Of a DNA stretch of 64,000 nucleotides, positions 38,702-52,548 are shown one piece after another. Every line of letters starts with the position of its first letter. Within the stretch, counting starts at the first letter, position 1. The notes under the pieces were generated by a model, which ran no database searches, was not told the origin of the DNA, and saw nothing but the letters and a program-made list of their open reading frames with translations. The stretch covers positions 284,332,001 to 284,396,000 of the forward strand of contig OZ024742.1 in the NCBI GenBank assembly GCA_964016885.1. The letters are read 5' to 3'. The translations under genes and the position numbers were made by a program. Origin of the DNA: Eledone cirrhosa (lineage: Eukaryota).

Positions 38702-39589
38702 GATCGCAAGACCTGCCAAAATTGCTCCTCAAGCCTCCCCATCACTCTCTCTCTCTTTCTCTCCCTGTTCTATCTATCTATCTATCTTTCTATCTATTAT
38801 TCTATCCTCAGAATTATGACTCTAGTTTTCTTCATTCTATCTTTCTACCACTCTATCCTTCTCAGAATTACTTTTTCTTCCTCTCTCTCTGTTTTTCTAT
38901 CTATCCTTCTATTTCCAGACTTATGCCTCACCCCCCCCCTCTCTCTCTCTTTCTATTTCCCACTCTATCATTCTCGCAAATATGCCTCTCTCTCTTTCTC
39001 TCTATCCTTCTCAGAATTGTGCTCCTCTATTGACGAATCCATCATTCTATCTACCATTATTCTTTTCGGAATTACCACTCCATTTTCTCTATATCTATTT
39101 ATCTATCTATCTATTATACTTCTCTAACCATCTTCATTTTTTTATCCTACGTTGCAATCTTTCTCTCTCTCTCTGTCTCTCTCTCACACTCCTTTTCTTT
39201 CTCTCACTCTCTATTTCGCTATCACTCTCCTTCTCTGTCTATATAGTTTCTCTCTATCTCCTCCACTTACTCTCGCCCCCTGATAACTCTCTGACAGTAA
39301 TTGTTACATTTGAGAAGATAGCTAAAGTACTCGGGAGGTCCTGTATCGTGTGTGTCTGTGCATCTATACAGTTACACACACACATGCTCACACATGTGTG
39401 CGTGTATATATGTGTATACAGTGTTCTGTACAGTTTCTCTTTATATGGGTGTAAATGTATGTGTGTATTTTTGTGTGTGTATTCAAAACATCTGAATGCT
39501 TCTAAATACGTGTGGGTATGATTGCATTGTATAAATAACTGTGCCGTATGCCTGTTCGCATTTATGTTTACGTGTGTGCGTATGTGTAT

Positions 39590-39651
<62 letters not shown>

Positions 39652-39756
39652 ATAAGCAGAACAAGTAAAATTCAACCAATTTTTCAAAATAAATCAAAAT
39701 TAATATACAATTAAAATTAATCAAAATTAAAAAATATAATATAAATATTTACCTAT

Positions 39757-39791
<35 letters not shown>

Positions 39792-39799
39792 ATACACAT

Positions 39800-39856
<57 letters not shown>

Positions 39857-39860
<4 letters not shown>

Positions 39861-41150
39861 CTGAGTATCCCGACGTTTTGCCGGGCAATAATTACAATAG
39901 TATGCCTTTATTTCATTTTTTTTTAAATTCTATGTCAGACCATGTCTCTCCTGAAGGGTGAGGACGGATTTCTTTATTACTTGGGTCAATTGATAATGTT
40001 TGTATAAACAATGTTTGTTGTTTTTCTATCTGGTGCATAGATGTAAACAATTTTCTGACTTCCTACTCTTGAACATCCAAAGTAAAGCTGACCCGTGATT
40101 TGTTGATGGTCATGACAAAATTAAGATTCACTAGTAATTGAAGTCGCTTGAATTGAAATGAGACATCAGTGGGAATAAATGGAATTCTTGGAACGAAGAC
40201 ATCCTCCCTCTTACCACATCCTGCTGAAACGGTCGCTTGAATCATGTGTAGATACATATTTTTCACAACCAATCGGGTGCATAGCCTTGGTGGGTCCAAA
40301 TTCCTCAATAACATGATGGGTGCTTCTTCTTTAAGGTAAAGGACATGTTGAAGACATTCCAGGTGGTTCTAAAGAGTTGAGGAACTCTGTCGGGTAATTG
40401 ACAGCTTCCGACTGTTCTACCACAGTGTCGACAGATCGATAGTGCTTCAAAACCTTTGGGATTCTTTTTAATTTACCACTTTTGCTGTCACATTGTTCGA
40501 GGCCAATAGTGCTTTCATGGAGTCACTTGTGACTTGCGAACTGATATTCAAGATTAGATGAGATAGTATGATGATTTCGCCATCGTGCATATGAGATTTA
40601 TATCAATAGCTCCCGTTCTATCTACAGTAAGTCTTCCGTCCCCCAAGCATTGATAGATTCTGTGTGAACTGCTCTGATTGTTCGTCTCCACCAATATATG
40701 CCCTCATGTTTGTAGCGAGCTTCAAAACTTTGATAGATGTCCAAAGTGTCGATTTTTTTAAACAGGCTCAAATTTGATCAATCCTATTGCCTTTTGGAAT
40801 GACAGGAAGAGTTTATCTAAAATCTCATCCTACTATTGCTCCTGCTGCCGCCTCTAGCCCCCCCCCCCACACACACACTACCACTACTAGCACCATCACC
40901 ACTTCCACCACCACCACTACCACTACCACCACTACTACTACCACCATCAGTTGTGGATTCTAATGATATTCAATATTGGTGATCTTGAAGTTGATTTATA
41001 TATTGTAGCAATTACATTGATAACTAACAACCCTAAAACATTCTCCTTGTGATGCAGATTTCGAAAATGAACGCCGTTTTTCTCTACGATGCACCGTTTC
41101 CGAGCCTTTGGAAGACATACACAGATACATAGATACACTCTCGTTTATAG
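39857..41150 (-). mobile_element. internally deleted, degraded Helitron (Pif1 helicase C-terminal relic)
   Basis: Minus-strand 3' hairpin cccggcaaaacgtcggg followed by CTAT (decayed CTAG). Translation LLRNLDPPRLC..VPRIPFIP..FKRLQ..TINKS is homologous to 52549-53200. The 5' end near 41100-41150 resembles the other Helitron 5' ends. Confidence 0.8.
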
Positions 41151-41171
41151 TATAGTATAATATAGTGTGTA

Positions 41172-41210
<39 letters not shown>

Positions 41211-41216
<6 letters not shown>

Positions 41217-42047
41217 GAATAATCGAGTATCGAAAAATCGGTGCACGAGTTCACGATAAACAAAATTCGACATGGGTGGCAGAGGGCTCAATAATTCAGA
41301 TAAATCAGAGCTATAACTATCGTTAAAATACCAACATACATAGATTATGTCTAAAATCAACCATACGACCGAAAAATTACGATCCGGAAGATTCGGGTCA
41401 CTCAGATAAAATATCAATAAATCAATAAATCATATGAATGTAAAAAGCTTACCCGGACCCACTAGAAAGATGGTAAATCTAGCTTCTTGGGTTTCTGTAA
41501 ATCCTTAAATCGCCCACTATCAGCCCACATAAAAATATATAAGACTTCTAGAGAGCGGCGGACAGGAAATACTTTATCAACGAGCTTTGTCCAAACGAAT
41601 AAAAAAGCCAACCCTAGCTGAAAACGCACATGGAATCCAGCAAGGGAGATAACCTCTATATCCGCGAAAAATATTCGGGAATGTGGAAAATCACATATCG
41701 AATAAGAGTGCTCAATAGACATGTTAAAATAAACAGGAGCTATTCATCATTTAATAGAATCGACAAAAAATGAACAATAAAATTAACTGGTCAATAGCTA
41801 AGTCTAGAGCTAAATATAGTAGAATAATCGAGTATCGAAAAATCGGCGCACGAGTTCACGATAAACAAAATTCGACATGAGTGGCAGAGGGCTCAATAAT
41901 TCAGATAAATCAGAGCTATAACTATCGTTAAAATACCAACACACATAGATTATGTCTAAAATCAACCATACGACCGAAAAATTACGATCCGGAAGATTCG
42001 GGTCACTCAGATAAAATATCAATAAATCAATAAATCATATGAATGTA
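41211..42047. repeat. 232-bp direct repeat pair (period 605 bp) flanked by microsatellites
   Basis: 41211-41442 vs 41816-42047 differ at 3 positions that I could see. No TG..CA termini. Confidence 0.9.
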
Positions 42048-42103
42048 TATGTATGTATATATATATATGTGGGTGTGTGTGTGTGTATGTATATATATAA
42101 GTG

Positions 42104-42144
<41 letters not shown>

Positions 42145-42249
42145 GTTTCTTTTTTTGGCACCAATGGATTCTCCTGTTGTGTATCGACATATGAACGCTC
42201 AACAGTTCTCTCAATTCAATTTCTTATGTTTATGTGTTAAATAGCACTT

Positions 42250-44790
42250 CAGTCCAGCTGCTGATCTACATAGCAAGCCGTATTTAGTGCAAATCTCGGG
42301 ATTTTGAGCGGAGCAGGATGCAAGGTTTGATCGGATCTTGGTGTTAGATCTCAGAAACTGGATCAGACAAGATTGTTTTGTAGTTCTTTATTCCTTCATG
42401 GCAGACAGCTCTCTGTTTTCCACGGTCAGTCGCTAGAAGTGAGAAGTCTAATCACAGATTTCAGATTGTACCTCAGTTTTTCATCAAGTCTGAGTAATGT
42501 TCTGCGTACATTACGTGCACCATTATGAAGTTGGCTGTCTAATAGTACCTTGAATGTGTGGTCCTCAGTCTCCGTAGAACATGACCAGCCTATCTGAATT
42601 GGGATTGCATCAGAAATAACTCAATCCCACCGTCAAAAAATTCTGTCAGAAGGGCATAACCACGGATAGAACGAAGACAATGTTTGTGGAAGACATCAAG
42701 CTTGTAAACGTGTGTACGATAAAGTGTCCATGACTTCGAGCCGTATAAAAGTGTTGTCAATACCACTGCAATATAAACTGCAATTTTCATTTTCAGGGAT
42801 ATACCTCTGACAGCCCATAGACAATAATGTAGTTTGCCAAAGACGTCACTTGCTTTAGAGATGCGCTTGACGATCTCATCATCTAGGGATGCAGAGCTTC
42901 TCACCTTGCTGCCAAGGTAAGTAAAAGAGCCCACCTGCTTAAGATCCTTGCCATCACCGGTGATTGGAACATGGGGGTGCCCGTACCCCGGTTGTCCTTG
43001 CTCAACATTTACTGGTCTCGGGTTAGTTGACCTTGGTTGATGTACTACATCAGTCTTTTTAATGCTGATTGTTAAACCAAATGCTTTATGGGCAAGTGAG
43101 AAGCGGTTCATTAGTTCCTCTGTCTCTCTAAGGGATGTTGTAATATGTGCAGTATCATCAGCAAACAGTAAGACACGGGAAAGTACCTTGCTAGCAATGC
43201 AGAGAAGCGAGATGTCACGAGAGTTGTCACGAGAGTTGTCACGAGAGTTGTCACGGATAGATTTTTTTAATCTTTGTTCTTCAAGAGATAGATTATAGAT
43301 GTATCTCTGAAGTCTTGAGTGACATGTTCGACCTTCCAAATTTCCAGAAATAGCCGAAGAAGCTTACGAACCAGTTTTTGACCACCATATTTGAACATTT
43401 CAGGTGGGATGCCATCTTTACCAAGACCTTTATTGGAATAGAAGATATCACATCATCAACGTTTGGTTCAACATTTAGGACCTTTTCGAAGTGTTCCTTC
43501 CATCGAGAAAGTATTTCAGCTTTGTCTGTGTATAAAGTTGTACCATCAGAAGATAGAACTGGATTTGACCTGCTCTCCCTCAGACCATTCTAAAAGGCCC
43601 TTGAGTCCTTTTTATCGGCGGTGTCTGGTAGATTAGCTGTTTTAGCTGCCCAACAGACATCTTTCTAAGTGAGAACTGTGCCTGCTGCTTACAATCTTAT
43701 AGGCTTTCATTTTAGTGTTGAGTTTTTATCTCCAACCAAGCCCTGTGGGCTATGCATCTTGTTGGTAAGATTCTGGACCTCTGAGTTGCTTTCATCCAAC
43801 CAGTCCTGGTTTTTCTCATTGAAAATCTTAAGACTTCTACGGAAGCGGCATAGGTGGCATCTTTGAGCGCAATGTCATCAGAAATCTGGACAGAGTCGAG
43901 GGATGAATCAAGTTTTAGAGAAAGTTACAACTTCCTAAAAGTAGATCTCAAAGCACCCACATTAACCTTGGGTGAGATAGGTGACTTTTGAAGACGCCTT
44001 TTGGGGGAAATATTGAATGAGACCCTACTGCGCAGCAGTGCATAATCCGAGAGATAACAAACAGAGTGAAAAGAATGAGCAATTTTGAAATCTTTTAGGT
44101 CACCCCCTGTGTGTGATGACATGTGTCAGTCCTTTTGCCTAGGATACATCTATGTTGCCTTATAGTTTACAAGTTGTTGAAAAAAGGTATTAGTGATGCT
44201 AAGATCAAATTCCTTACAAAGCGAAAGCAGCTGAAGCCCATTTGAGTTCATAGCTCCGACTGCATTAAACCCAAGAACATTATGCCATGTTTTTTATGGT
44301 CACTTCCAAATCTAGCATTGAAATCTCTCATTATGACGAGCTTGTTCTTGTTCGGGACAATGGCGACAACTGTGTGAAGCTGATCATTAAATGTTACGAT
44401 ATCCTGCTCAGGTGAATAAAGAGTTGAGGCGTAACAACTAACTGATGTAACAGAGGTGTTGCTTGCTAGATCCAGAGAAAGACTCACGATACGATCACTG
44501 ACACCTTTGGAGAATGATGTTAGGGCTCTAGCTATGTCAGATCTAATGATAAAACCAACACCAGACTGACGGTGGTCCTCTTCACTTTTTCCGTACCAGA
44601 CGACTGTGTACCCTTCTCTCACATATTCCATTCGGGATATCCCAGGGAGTCGGATTTCACTTATAGCACAGATATCGATGTTATATCTGTTGAGTGCATT
44701 ACAGATGTTCTTCGCTCTAGACCTGAAATGCTGTCCTGGAGTGTCCTCACATTCCAGGAACTAAATTTTAAATTTAAATTGTTTTATTTT
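42250..44790 (-). mobile_element. RTE/BovB-like LINE, degraded, with internal RT deletion
   Basis: APE motifs WNVRTL, GVGFII, DFNAR, SDYALLRS. RT ISLLCIASKVLSRV is fused directly to LLFADD; also FTYLGS and LLYGSKSWTL. Confidence 0.9.
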
Positions 44791-46144
44791 GACCAGATAC
44801 GAGTGAAGACGCAAAAGTAGGCCCCTTCGCTTCTTACGACAATACATATATTTCGGAGGACTACCGTAATGTTTATGAAATTGTTGTCATACCAATCCTA
44901 CACACTATTGATTTTAAACATGAGCCCTCTGTCGTCGACACGCTACGTTACTCGAGGACATTTTCCAAGCTTGTTAGATGTGGATCCTCAACAACCGGTG
45001 GCACGATCACGTGACTGCCGATGGACGTTTTAAATGTGCCAATTTACAGCAGTTGTTGAATGTATTGATTCTTCAGCTGCAGTTTCACAAATTGGTCAAA
45101 TAACCTAGAATGGAAACAATAGGATTCTTAAAACAGCTCTGTTTGATGAATTTATTAACATTGATGAGCGAGGAGCGTCTACATGATCACTTAACCCACT
45201 AAAAATAGTAACCTATCATGTGTGAAATTAAGTAAAATGAAATTTACAGCCCATACCAATGTAAGTTTAACTGGCCTCCCAAGGAGTTGTATCTCATAAG
45301 AGGTTCTCGGGCAACGCGAAATGAAATGTCTTGCTCAAGAGCACATCGCGCCGCCCAGTCATTGGAATCGGACACACACCTTATGATCGTGAGTCGAACA
45401 TACTAACCATTAAGTCATGCATTGGACATATCGAATAATGTAGGCTGAGATAAATTATGCTCGATAAGGCGGGATTGTGTTGGCAGGAATCCTAGAATTT
45501 GAACGCTAGAACAGGATAGTCATAGTTGAATGCTAGAAATAGCAGCCGCATCTCTCTCAAATCAGATCCTAACGCCTTAAAAAAAAAGAAAAGGAGAACA
45601 TATTGGAGGATGTAATCCTAGATACAGAAAAGGCGAGCTGATCACACCTGGACAACCTTTGATCCTATTCCTGTTCATTAAGGGCTGACCTGGGACTAAA
45701 CAACAATGACAACAACAACAGCAACAACCGGGTAGAGTGTCTATCCTCAACACAGGAATAGGTACAACAGACAAAAATAAATCAGCAAAGCTGGCTGTAC
45801 CTACTGTCAAACAGAGCCACCTTGCTGAAACGCAGTCAAAATATCACCCAGAATGTTAAAAGTATGAGAAATGTTGCAGGAGAGAAGCAAAGGCGAATAA
45901 ACAGGCAATGGATCGAAGAAGAGCAACATCACGTTAGGGTTTAAAAAAGAGATTCTTAAACATTTTTTACTTGCAACAAAATTTAATTTCTATTTACTCC
46001 CAAACAAATTAGTCGAATATAAAATTACAAAACCAGTGTTTAACCCTTTCGTTGCCATATTTGTAACCCAAGACACTATCTATGATTTTCAAATAATTTT
46101 GGAAATAATGAAGAATTTAGAAATATAACTAACTTTCTCATTAT

Positions 46145-46350
46145 TTAGCAGAATCGGTAGAGCGTAGGACCAAATGCTTCATGGCATAGAATTACGGTCC
46201 TTTACGTTCTGATTTCAAATCCTGCCGAGGTTAGCTTTGCCTTTCATCCTTACGGGATCGATAAAATAAAGCACCAGTTAGCACTGGGTCGATTTAATCG
46301 ACTTTCCCCTTCTCTTCAAATTGCTGACTTGTGCCTAAAGTAGAAACAAT
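46145..46350 (+). mobile_element. second tRNA-derived SINE family (ttcaaatcc..ctttgcctttcatcc core), nested in a TTAA MITE
   Basis: Core also seen at ~2410-2560 (+), 8800-8940 (-), 10185-10310 (+), 13010-13260 (-), 14330-14490 (-), 26170-26240 (-), 47030-47100 (+) and 60400-60470 (-). Confidence 0.8.
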
Positions 46351-47374
46351 TATTAAGTTAATGTTTGGAACATAACTTAACAAAGATTGTTACATAAAAT
46401 TATGATGGAAGGTTTTTTTTTTAATAAATATAAACACTTTAAGCAAACAGCATCGTAGAACCAGTTTGGTATCAAGAGAGTTAATCTAGCTTACACGAGA
46501 AAAGAATCATTAAACTATAAAGGTAAACGCACCTTTAAATCTCGGATTATTTTTTTGAATGGGAAGGATTGGTTTGATGAGCACGAAGATCACGAATATT
46601 ATGTTGCAAGTTTGATTTGAGTTTGAGACATAAAATCACCACGTTCCCTGTTTGATTAGTAAATAATACATAGGTTTAACAACATATTACAAGTTGCCAA
46701 CATATTTAATTAGGCATTTAACTAAGTGTTAATATCTGGTAGCTAGTTTACAAGACCCAGCGATTTTGTTATCCTGTTATAAAAGGATTAATAAAGGCAA
46801 ACTAGTAAATTCACACCCTTAGAATACCTAGATTTCTATTCATCCCTGATAAAATGTTATTCACCTATAGAGGTATGTATAGACCATTTTGAGAAACCCT
46901 GATTTAGAATGAGAAAGACAACTTGGTTTTAGTTGATCATCACCCTCTTCTCAAACGAACATCTTGCTATCAACCTCACACAGCAGTTGGCTGTAAGTTC
47001 AAATTAGCTAAGTCTTTCGCTTGATTCCGGCTCACTGCGCTCTGAGTTAAAATACCACCCCACCAAGACAGGCTTTGCTTTTCATGCTTTCATTTGATTT
47101 AAATTAATGAAGTAATTTGCTGTAATGAACTGTTTCAATTATTAAAAGTACTATGTGAGAATTCAAAATAGGGAAAAATTGAGGAAAACGGTGATCGCAT
47201 GGAGAGGAACGTGACCAGACTCACTAGCTTCGATTCTTATCTGTTCTGATATGGCAGGCATATGACCAAATGTATTCAAATCGTGACCATCTTCGCTTTT
47301 TGTATAAATAGGAATACACACACACACATATATATATATACAGATATGTATGTATGTTTGTGTGCATGTATGTA

Positions 47375-48385
47375 GGTTTCTGTCAGGTCGTTCTTCAGCG
47401 TTACTGGTAATATGTAACCCAGTACAACCCGTGCATGGTCGGGTCGTCGACGACTAAACCGAGACACCCCCCCCCCCTAGCTTGTTCGGTTAGGAGGATG
47501 AATTTGGACACCCTGCGGGATGAAAAACAAAACCCGCCAAAAGGCGGAGGAACTCAGGAGATTCAACGGCCATCCAATTTAGTTATTATTATTATTATTT
47601 TTTTTTTTGTGTGGAGCGAGAGACTCCTAGTCTTCATTAAGATATCTTCCTAGGAGAATGTCACTCTGATATAAAACCTGCGACTTCGTTTGCATCCAAT
47701 GATGTAGATCAAGTCTTCTTGGGCAAATGTATTCGATGTTCAGAGATGGGATTGGCCCCGTGCAAAGCCTTTCCTCACTTAAAAAAGCTTCAAGCACAGG
47801 CATCGCTTGATATGTGACATTTTTCGCGATATATGGTCATAGGCAAGTCCCTAACAGGACTAAAAAGCCACGTCCGTGATACTCATGTGCTTAAGTATCA
47901 AGCGAAGGCATTACTCGAAATCGAGTTGCAGCCATCATATTTGTATGTATATATGCAACTGAAGTGTCAGCACCGGAAGGGCTGTGCTCACAGTCTTGAT
48001 GAAGTCATCAGTAGTTGGACAGGCAATTTCTGCCAGCGTGTACTCCTCTCAAAGGCTGGTTATGTTAATCACCTGAAGTCACATGAAAGGATAATGACTC
48101 GCAGCACCACTGGCGAAACAACGTGCATGATATGCAACAAAGTGTGTAAAACAAGTTCCAGACTAAAAAACACATGGTAGTGCATAAAGATTGTGTCCTA
48201 CAGGGTGACCCCACCGGTCCTGTGGAAAGTATACCTCTCTTTGGTCACCTGTGTGGTAAATGCAGAGCTACATATGGTCTACGAAGTCATCTACGAAGTC
48301 ATCTACGAAGTCATGGGCGTGGATGGGATGACAATGAAGAATCAATAAGGGACGGCAATCGTATGTGAAGACGCTGTCATCCTCA
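47375..48385 (+). mobile_element. non-autonomous RTE-like element (5'UTR-like segment plus zinc-finger 3' end)
   Basis: 47430-47940 is highly similar to the inverted copy at 60620-61100. 47960-48380 has decayed C2H2-like motifs (CMICNKVCK, HLCGKC..GLRSHLRSH), like RTE C-termini. Confidence 0.55.
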
Positions 48386-49139
48386 TGCATGCATGGGTGT
48401 ATGTATGTATAATTATTTATGCATGTATTGAGTCAATGGTAGTTAGGACTTGTTGCTGAACAGATTTGATTCTTGTTTTCTACATCACTGACATACATGC
48501 ATACATGCATACATACATACATGCATACATACATACATACATATATGTATTCATATATACACACGCGCACGCATTAAAACAACAGACGGATCCTATTTCA
48601 CATTCAAGTAAACCAACAAACAAAAACAAAACAAAAGAAAACTGTTTAAGAAATGAATAAAAAAAGACTGAAGAAGATGCAAAAAATAAAGAGAATCAGA
48701 CGAATAATAAATTATAATATATAAATAATAATAAAAGTAAAAAATTTCACCCAAATCTCGAAAACAAAATGGCTACTTGTCGTACACAGAGCTAAAAACA
48801 AAAATCACTGGGTCGTTATAGGCTATATATAGTGTCTGCTTTTGTCTCGTTTGGTATCCTATTGAGCAAGATAGCTTCACATTTATCGGTGCACTCATCA
48901 ATATCATTTTCAGCGTTTGCCTCGTGTTTCTTTTTGTTTTATTTCGTAACTTGGTCTCTGAGAAATGAACATGTTCAGTATCTTGTGTGTTGTCCTTAGA
49001 GTTTTGATAGGTTTGACAGTTTTACAGTTATAGAGTGGGGTGGCGACATTTGTCCTTCATAGCTATACCCCTTCTCTCTCTCCCCATCTTTTTCTCTCTC
49101 TTCTCTCTCTCTCTTTGTATGTGTGTGTATATATATACA

Positions 49140-49245
<106 letters not shown>

Positions 49246-50809
49246 CGATTGAGAGGAAAAGATACAAAGAAATAGAAAGAGAGTGAGAGGGAAAGAGAGA
49301 TACATAGATAGATACGTGTATATATATATATGTATATATATATATGTACACACACACACTTATATATATGGACTTTGAATTACAGGTACTGTTCATCCAA
49401 CTGGTTTACACAGTTTCTGTCTAATAATTCGTGGTTATTGTAAAAGATAGTTGCCCAAAATGTTATGCGATGTGATCGAACCCTGAACCTCATGTTTGAC
49501 GAATTTCTTAATCACAACGGCGTGTATACTTCTACATTGTATTTCTCAAACAGAGTATCTAAAGTCCCGGGGCACCGTTCCGTTTTAAATATATATCAAA
49601 ATATATTTTCTTTATTATGGCTATGTGGTGAAACTCCAGATTAACAAGACTCCCCACTTAGCCAAAATAAAGAGTATTTAACTCTAATTCGGTAATAAGT
49701 ACTCATTTTCATGTCCGTCAATGGGGGCGCAAATTTGGTCAATTTAGTTGTAGTGACTAGTTTAGCTGTTATTATCAATTATCAACCAAGATATAAAACA
49801 AAATTCGATATGAGATAAACATAAAATGTACATAAATTGTAGCGGATATACAAATAGATGTGTGTTTTGGTATTTTGAGGAAAAAAATATAATTATTGAT
49901 GGGGGGAGGGGTCACCCGTTCCACCGCCCCTGAGGTTCATATACTTTTAATTTTCATTAAATTTCTTGTGGGCAGATGTTTGGAGCTCCGAATGGTTTCT
50001 ATCTAAGGATTCCTAGTTGCTTTAATCCGGTACTCGGTGTGATAAAGCCTTTACCGTGAAAACAATAGTAAATATAGAGACATGTAAATGCTAAAGGGTT
50101 AATCTGGTCCTCAGTGTGATCACGTTTTAACCAAAAAAAGACACATTGGCTAATGTAGCCTTAAATATACTATATCTGAAAGAAAATTAAAAAAAGATGA
50201 GATGGTCACGGCTGAAGCTGCTCGTATTTGTGCAGCAAGTGGTTGTATAATTAAACTGAATACAGAGTTGTTTTCTAGTTGTTTCATAGGGCAACACACG
50301 TGTGTGGGAAGAGTGGATGTGTGTGGTGGGTGAGCGATAAGTGCAATAATCCACACGTGTCAACTATCTATGTATATGTGATGGGATTCCTATATAAGCC
50401 AGAACGTCTGTGCGTGTGTGTTTTAGTATGTGTATGTGTCAACTATCTATGTATATGTGATGAAATCGCTCTATAAGCCAAACCGAGTGTGTGTTAATAT
50501 GTGTGTGAGTATGTATGTGTGTGTATGTGTATGTGTTTGTGTGTGTGTATGTGTATGTGTTTGTGTGTGTGTGCGTGTGTGAGTGTGCATACAGGCATGC
50601 GCGCGTGCGTGTTTATGTATGTATACGTGATAGAATCTTCGTATTTATCTGTGGAATCATGAGTATACTGTTATACCTCAAAGCAGGGATCAGCATCTTT
50701 TTGTAATGGTTCATTTAAAACTATTTTTAGTTTTGCCTATGGTCAGCATGTACATTGAAAAGGTCTGAGGCTCACTGAGAACACTTCAATAGCCCACATA
50801 TATATCATA

Positions 50810-51327
50810 CTAGCAGTGGTACCCGGCGTTGCACGGGATAAGGTATTGTGAAATATATAACCGCCTTAGCTAAGCTTAGTATTGCCACAACCACGGCTGG
50901 CAAAGAAGTAAGGGTCTGGTGGTATGTAAGTAAGAAACACTGTGGCTTAAAACGTGAGGAAGAAGTTATGTGCACTTACCAACTGTTTAGGGAATGTGTG
51001 TGAGATTTGTCTTGAGCAAGGGTGGCAGAATAACCGGAGGCAGCAGAGAGCCAGACATACAGACAGATATTATAAGGGCGCGACGTTATATGTATGTATC
51101 TATCTAAAATGAGAAAGACTAAGAATTATAGAGAGAGATCGCTAAATCGCCTAATGCGGTCCCTAGGGCATTGAAAATTTTAATTTTTTTTTAGCTCAGA
51201 ACACTCTCTGAAACATAAGTATTACATATGTAAAGTTTGAAAACAGTCGGTTGGGTGGTTCTCTAGTTTTAGGGATTCAAACTCACACACACACAGACAG
51301 ACATCTTCAGTTTTATATATATATAGA
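50810..51327 (-). mobile_element. non-autonomous Helitron H1
   Basis: Minus strand starts TCTATATATAT and ends with hairpin cccgtgcaacgccggg plus CTAG|T. Its 5' ~100 bp resembles 58550-58649. Confidence 0.85.
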
Positions 51328-51872
51328 CTAGCAGAAAACCACCTGGTATGCGGTTTTCTGCTATCTAAAACAGAGAATGTCTGTCTGTCAGTCAGCTCAC
51401 TAAAACTTGAGAACCATCCAACCGATTGTTTTCAAACTTTAGACATGTAATACTTATGGTCCTGTGAGTGTTTTGAGCAAAAATTATTTCAAATTTTCAA
51501 TGCCCTAGGGACCGCATTAGGCGATTTAGCGTTCTCTCTATATAATTCTTAGTCTTTCTTTTTAGATAGATACATAGATATAACGTTGCGCCCTTATAAT
51601 ATCTGTCTGTATGTCTGGCTGTCTGCATTACGTCATTATGACGCGCTCAGCGCGATTCCCTCGGCCTCAGTGACCAAAGTTAGTGGAGAGGGGAAGGTAA
51701 TGTTTCTGTAGCACGTGTTTTAGCGTCTATTCACTCTCTCTCTCCCTCTCTCCCTCCCGCTATCCCCCTCTCGTAGTCTGTCTCTTTCTTTCACTCTCAC
51801 TCTCTCTCTACGCACGTGTTTCCACTGTCGGACAGACAGACAGAGAAATTGCTGGTTATATATATAAGTAGA
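51328..51872 (-). mobile_element. composite non-autonomous Helitron H2
   Basis: TC start at 51872 and CTAG end at 51328 within a 12-bp hairpin (tagcagaaaacc/ggttttctgcta). Contains an inverted copy of the H1 5' half and a segment shared with the H3 5' region. Confidence 0.7.
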
Positions 51873-52548
51873 CTAGCATAGGCACCCGGCGTTGCCCGGA
51901 ATGAAATTGTTCCTTACATATTAGAAGAAAGAGCAAAATATGTTGTATAGAAATGTGTTATTCAAAATTCAATTTATTCTTCAATTGGGACACACGATGA
52001 AATCAATTCTGAGTTCATAAAAAAAAAAATTGTTGTGAGCAAAATAAATTTCCAATTTCATGAAGGAGGGGAGGGGGGCTAAGAAAGGGTCGTGCGTGTG
52101 TTCACCTTTAACCAAAGGAAGCAAATGTTGTTAGGAAAAATAAGTAAGGGTAAACAGGGCTTGTTAAGAAGAGCGATAAAGTACCTGTCTGTCCATTGTA
52201 GCGCTTATAACACTGTTTTAGCAGATGCTGGTCGATATGAATTTACCATTGCTGTAGCCATCAAACAATTTTAAGTAGGGCCTCTTAAATAGGGTTGTGT
52301 GTGCTTTCACTGACAGCCCTAAAAATGAGGGCTCACCATCAACAATTTCGGCCCTAAAAGTACTTCAGTTGCGTTCACGATTTGTTCAGCCGCCTTAAAT
52401 TGCCGCGCCAATTGTCAAGCTGGGTTCCTCTCTGAAGGCGATCACCTTTAACCGAGGGAAACATACGTTTTAGTTAAGAGACTGTTTAAAAGCTCATCAG
52501 GCTGGCTAAAGAAATGGTGATTACGGACCTATCTCCTCGCTGTTGCAT

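Noticed and set aside
38247-39724. Several 125-190 aa ORFs
   Set aside because: Low-complexity CT/TA/TG repeat translations.
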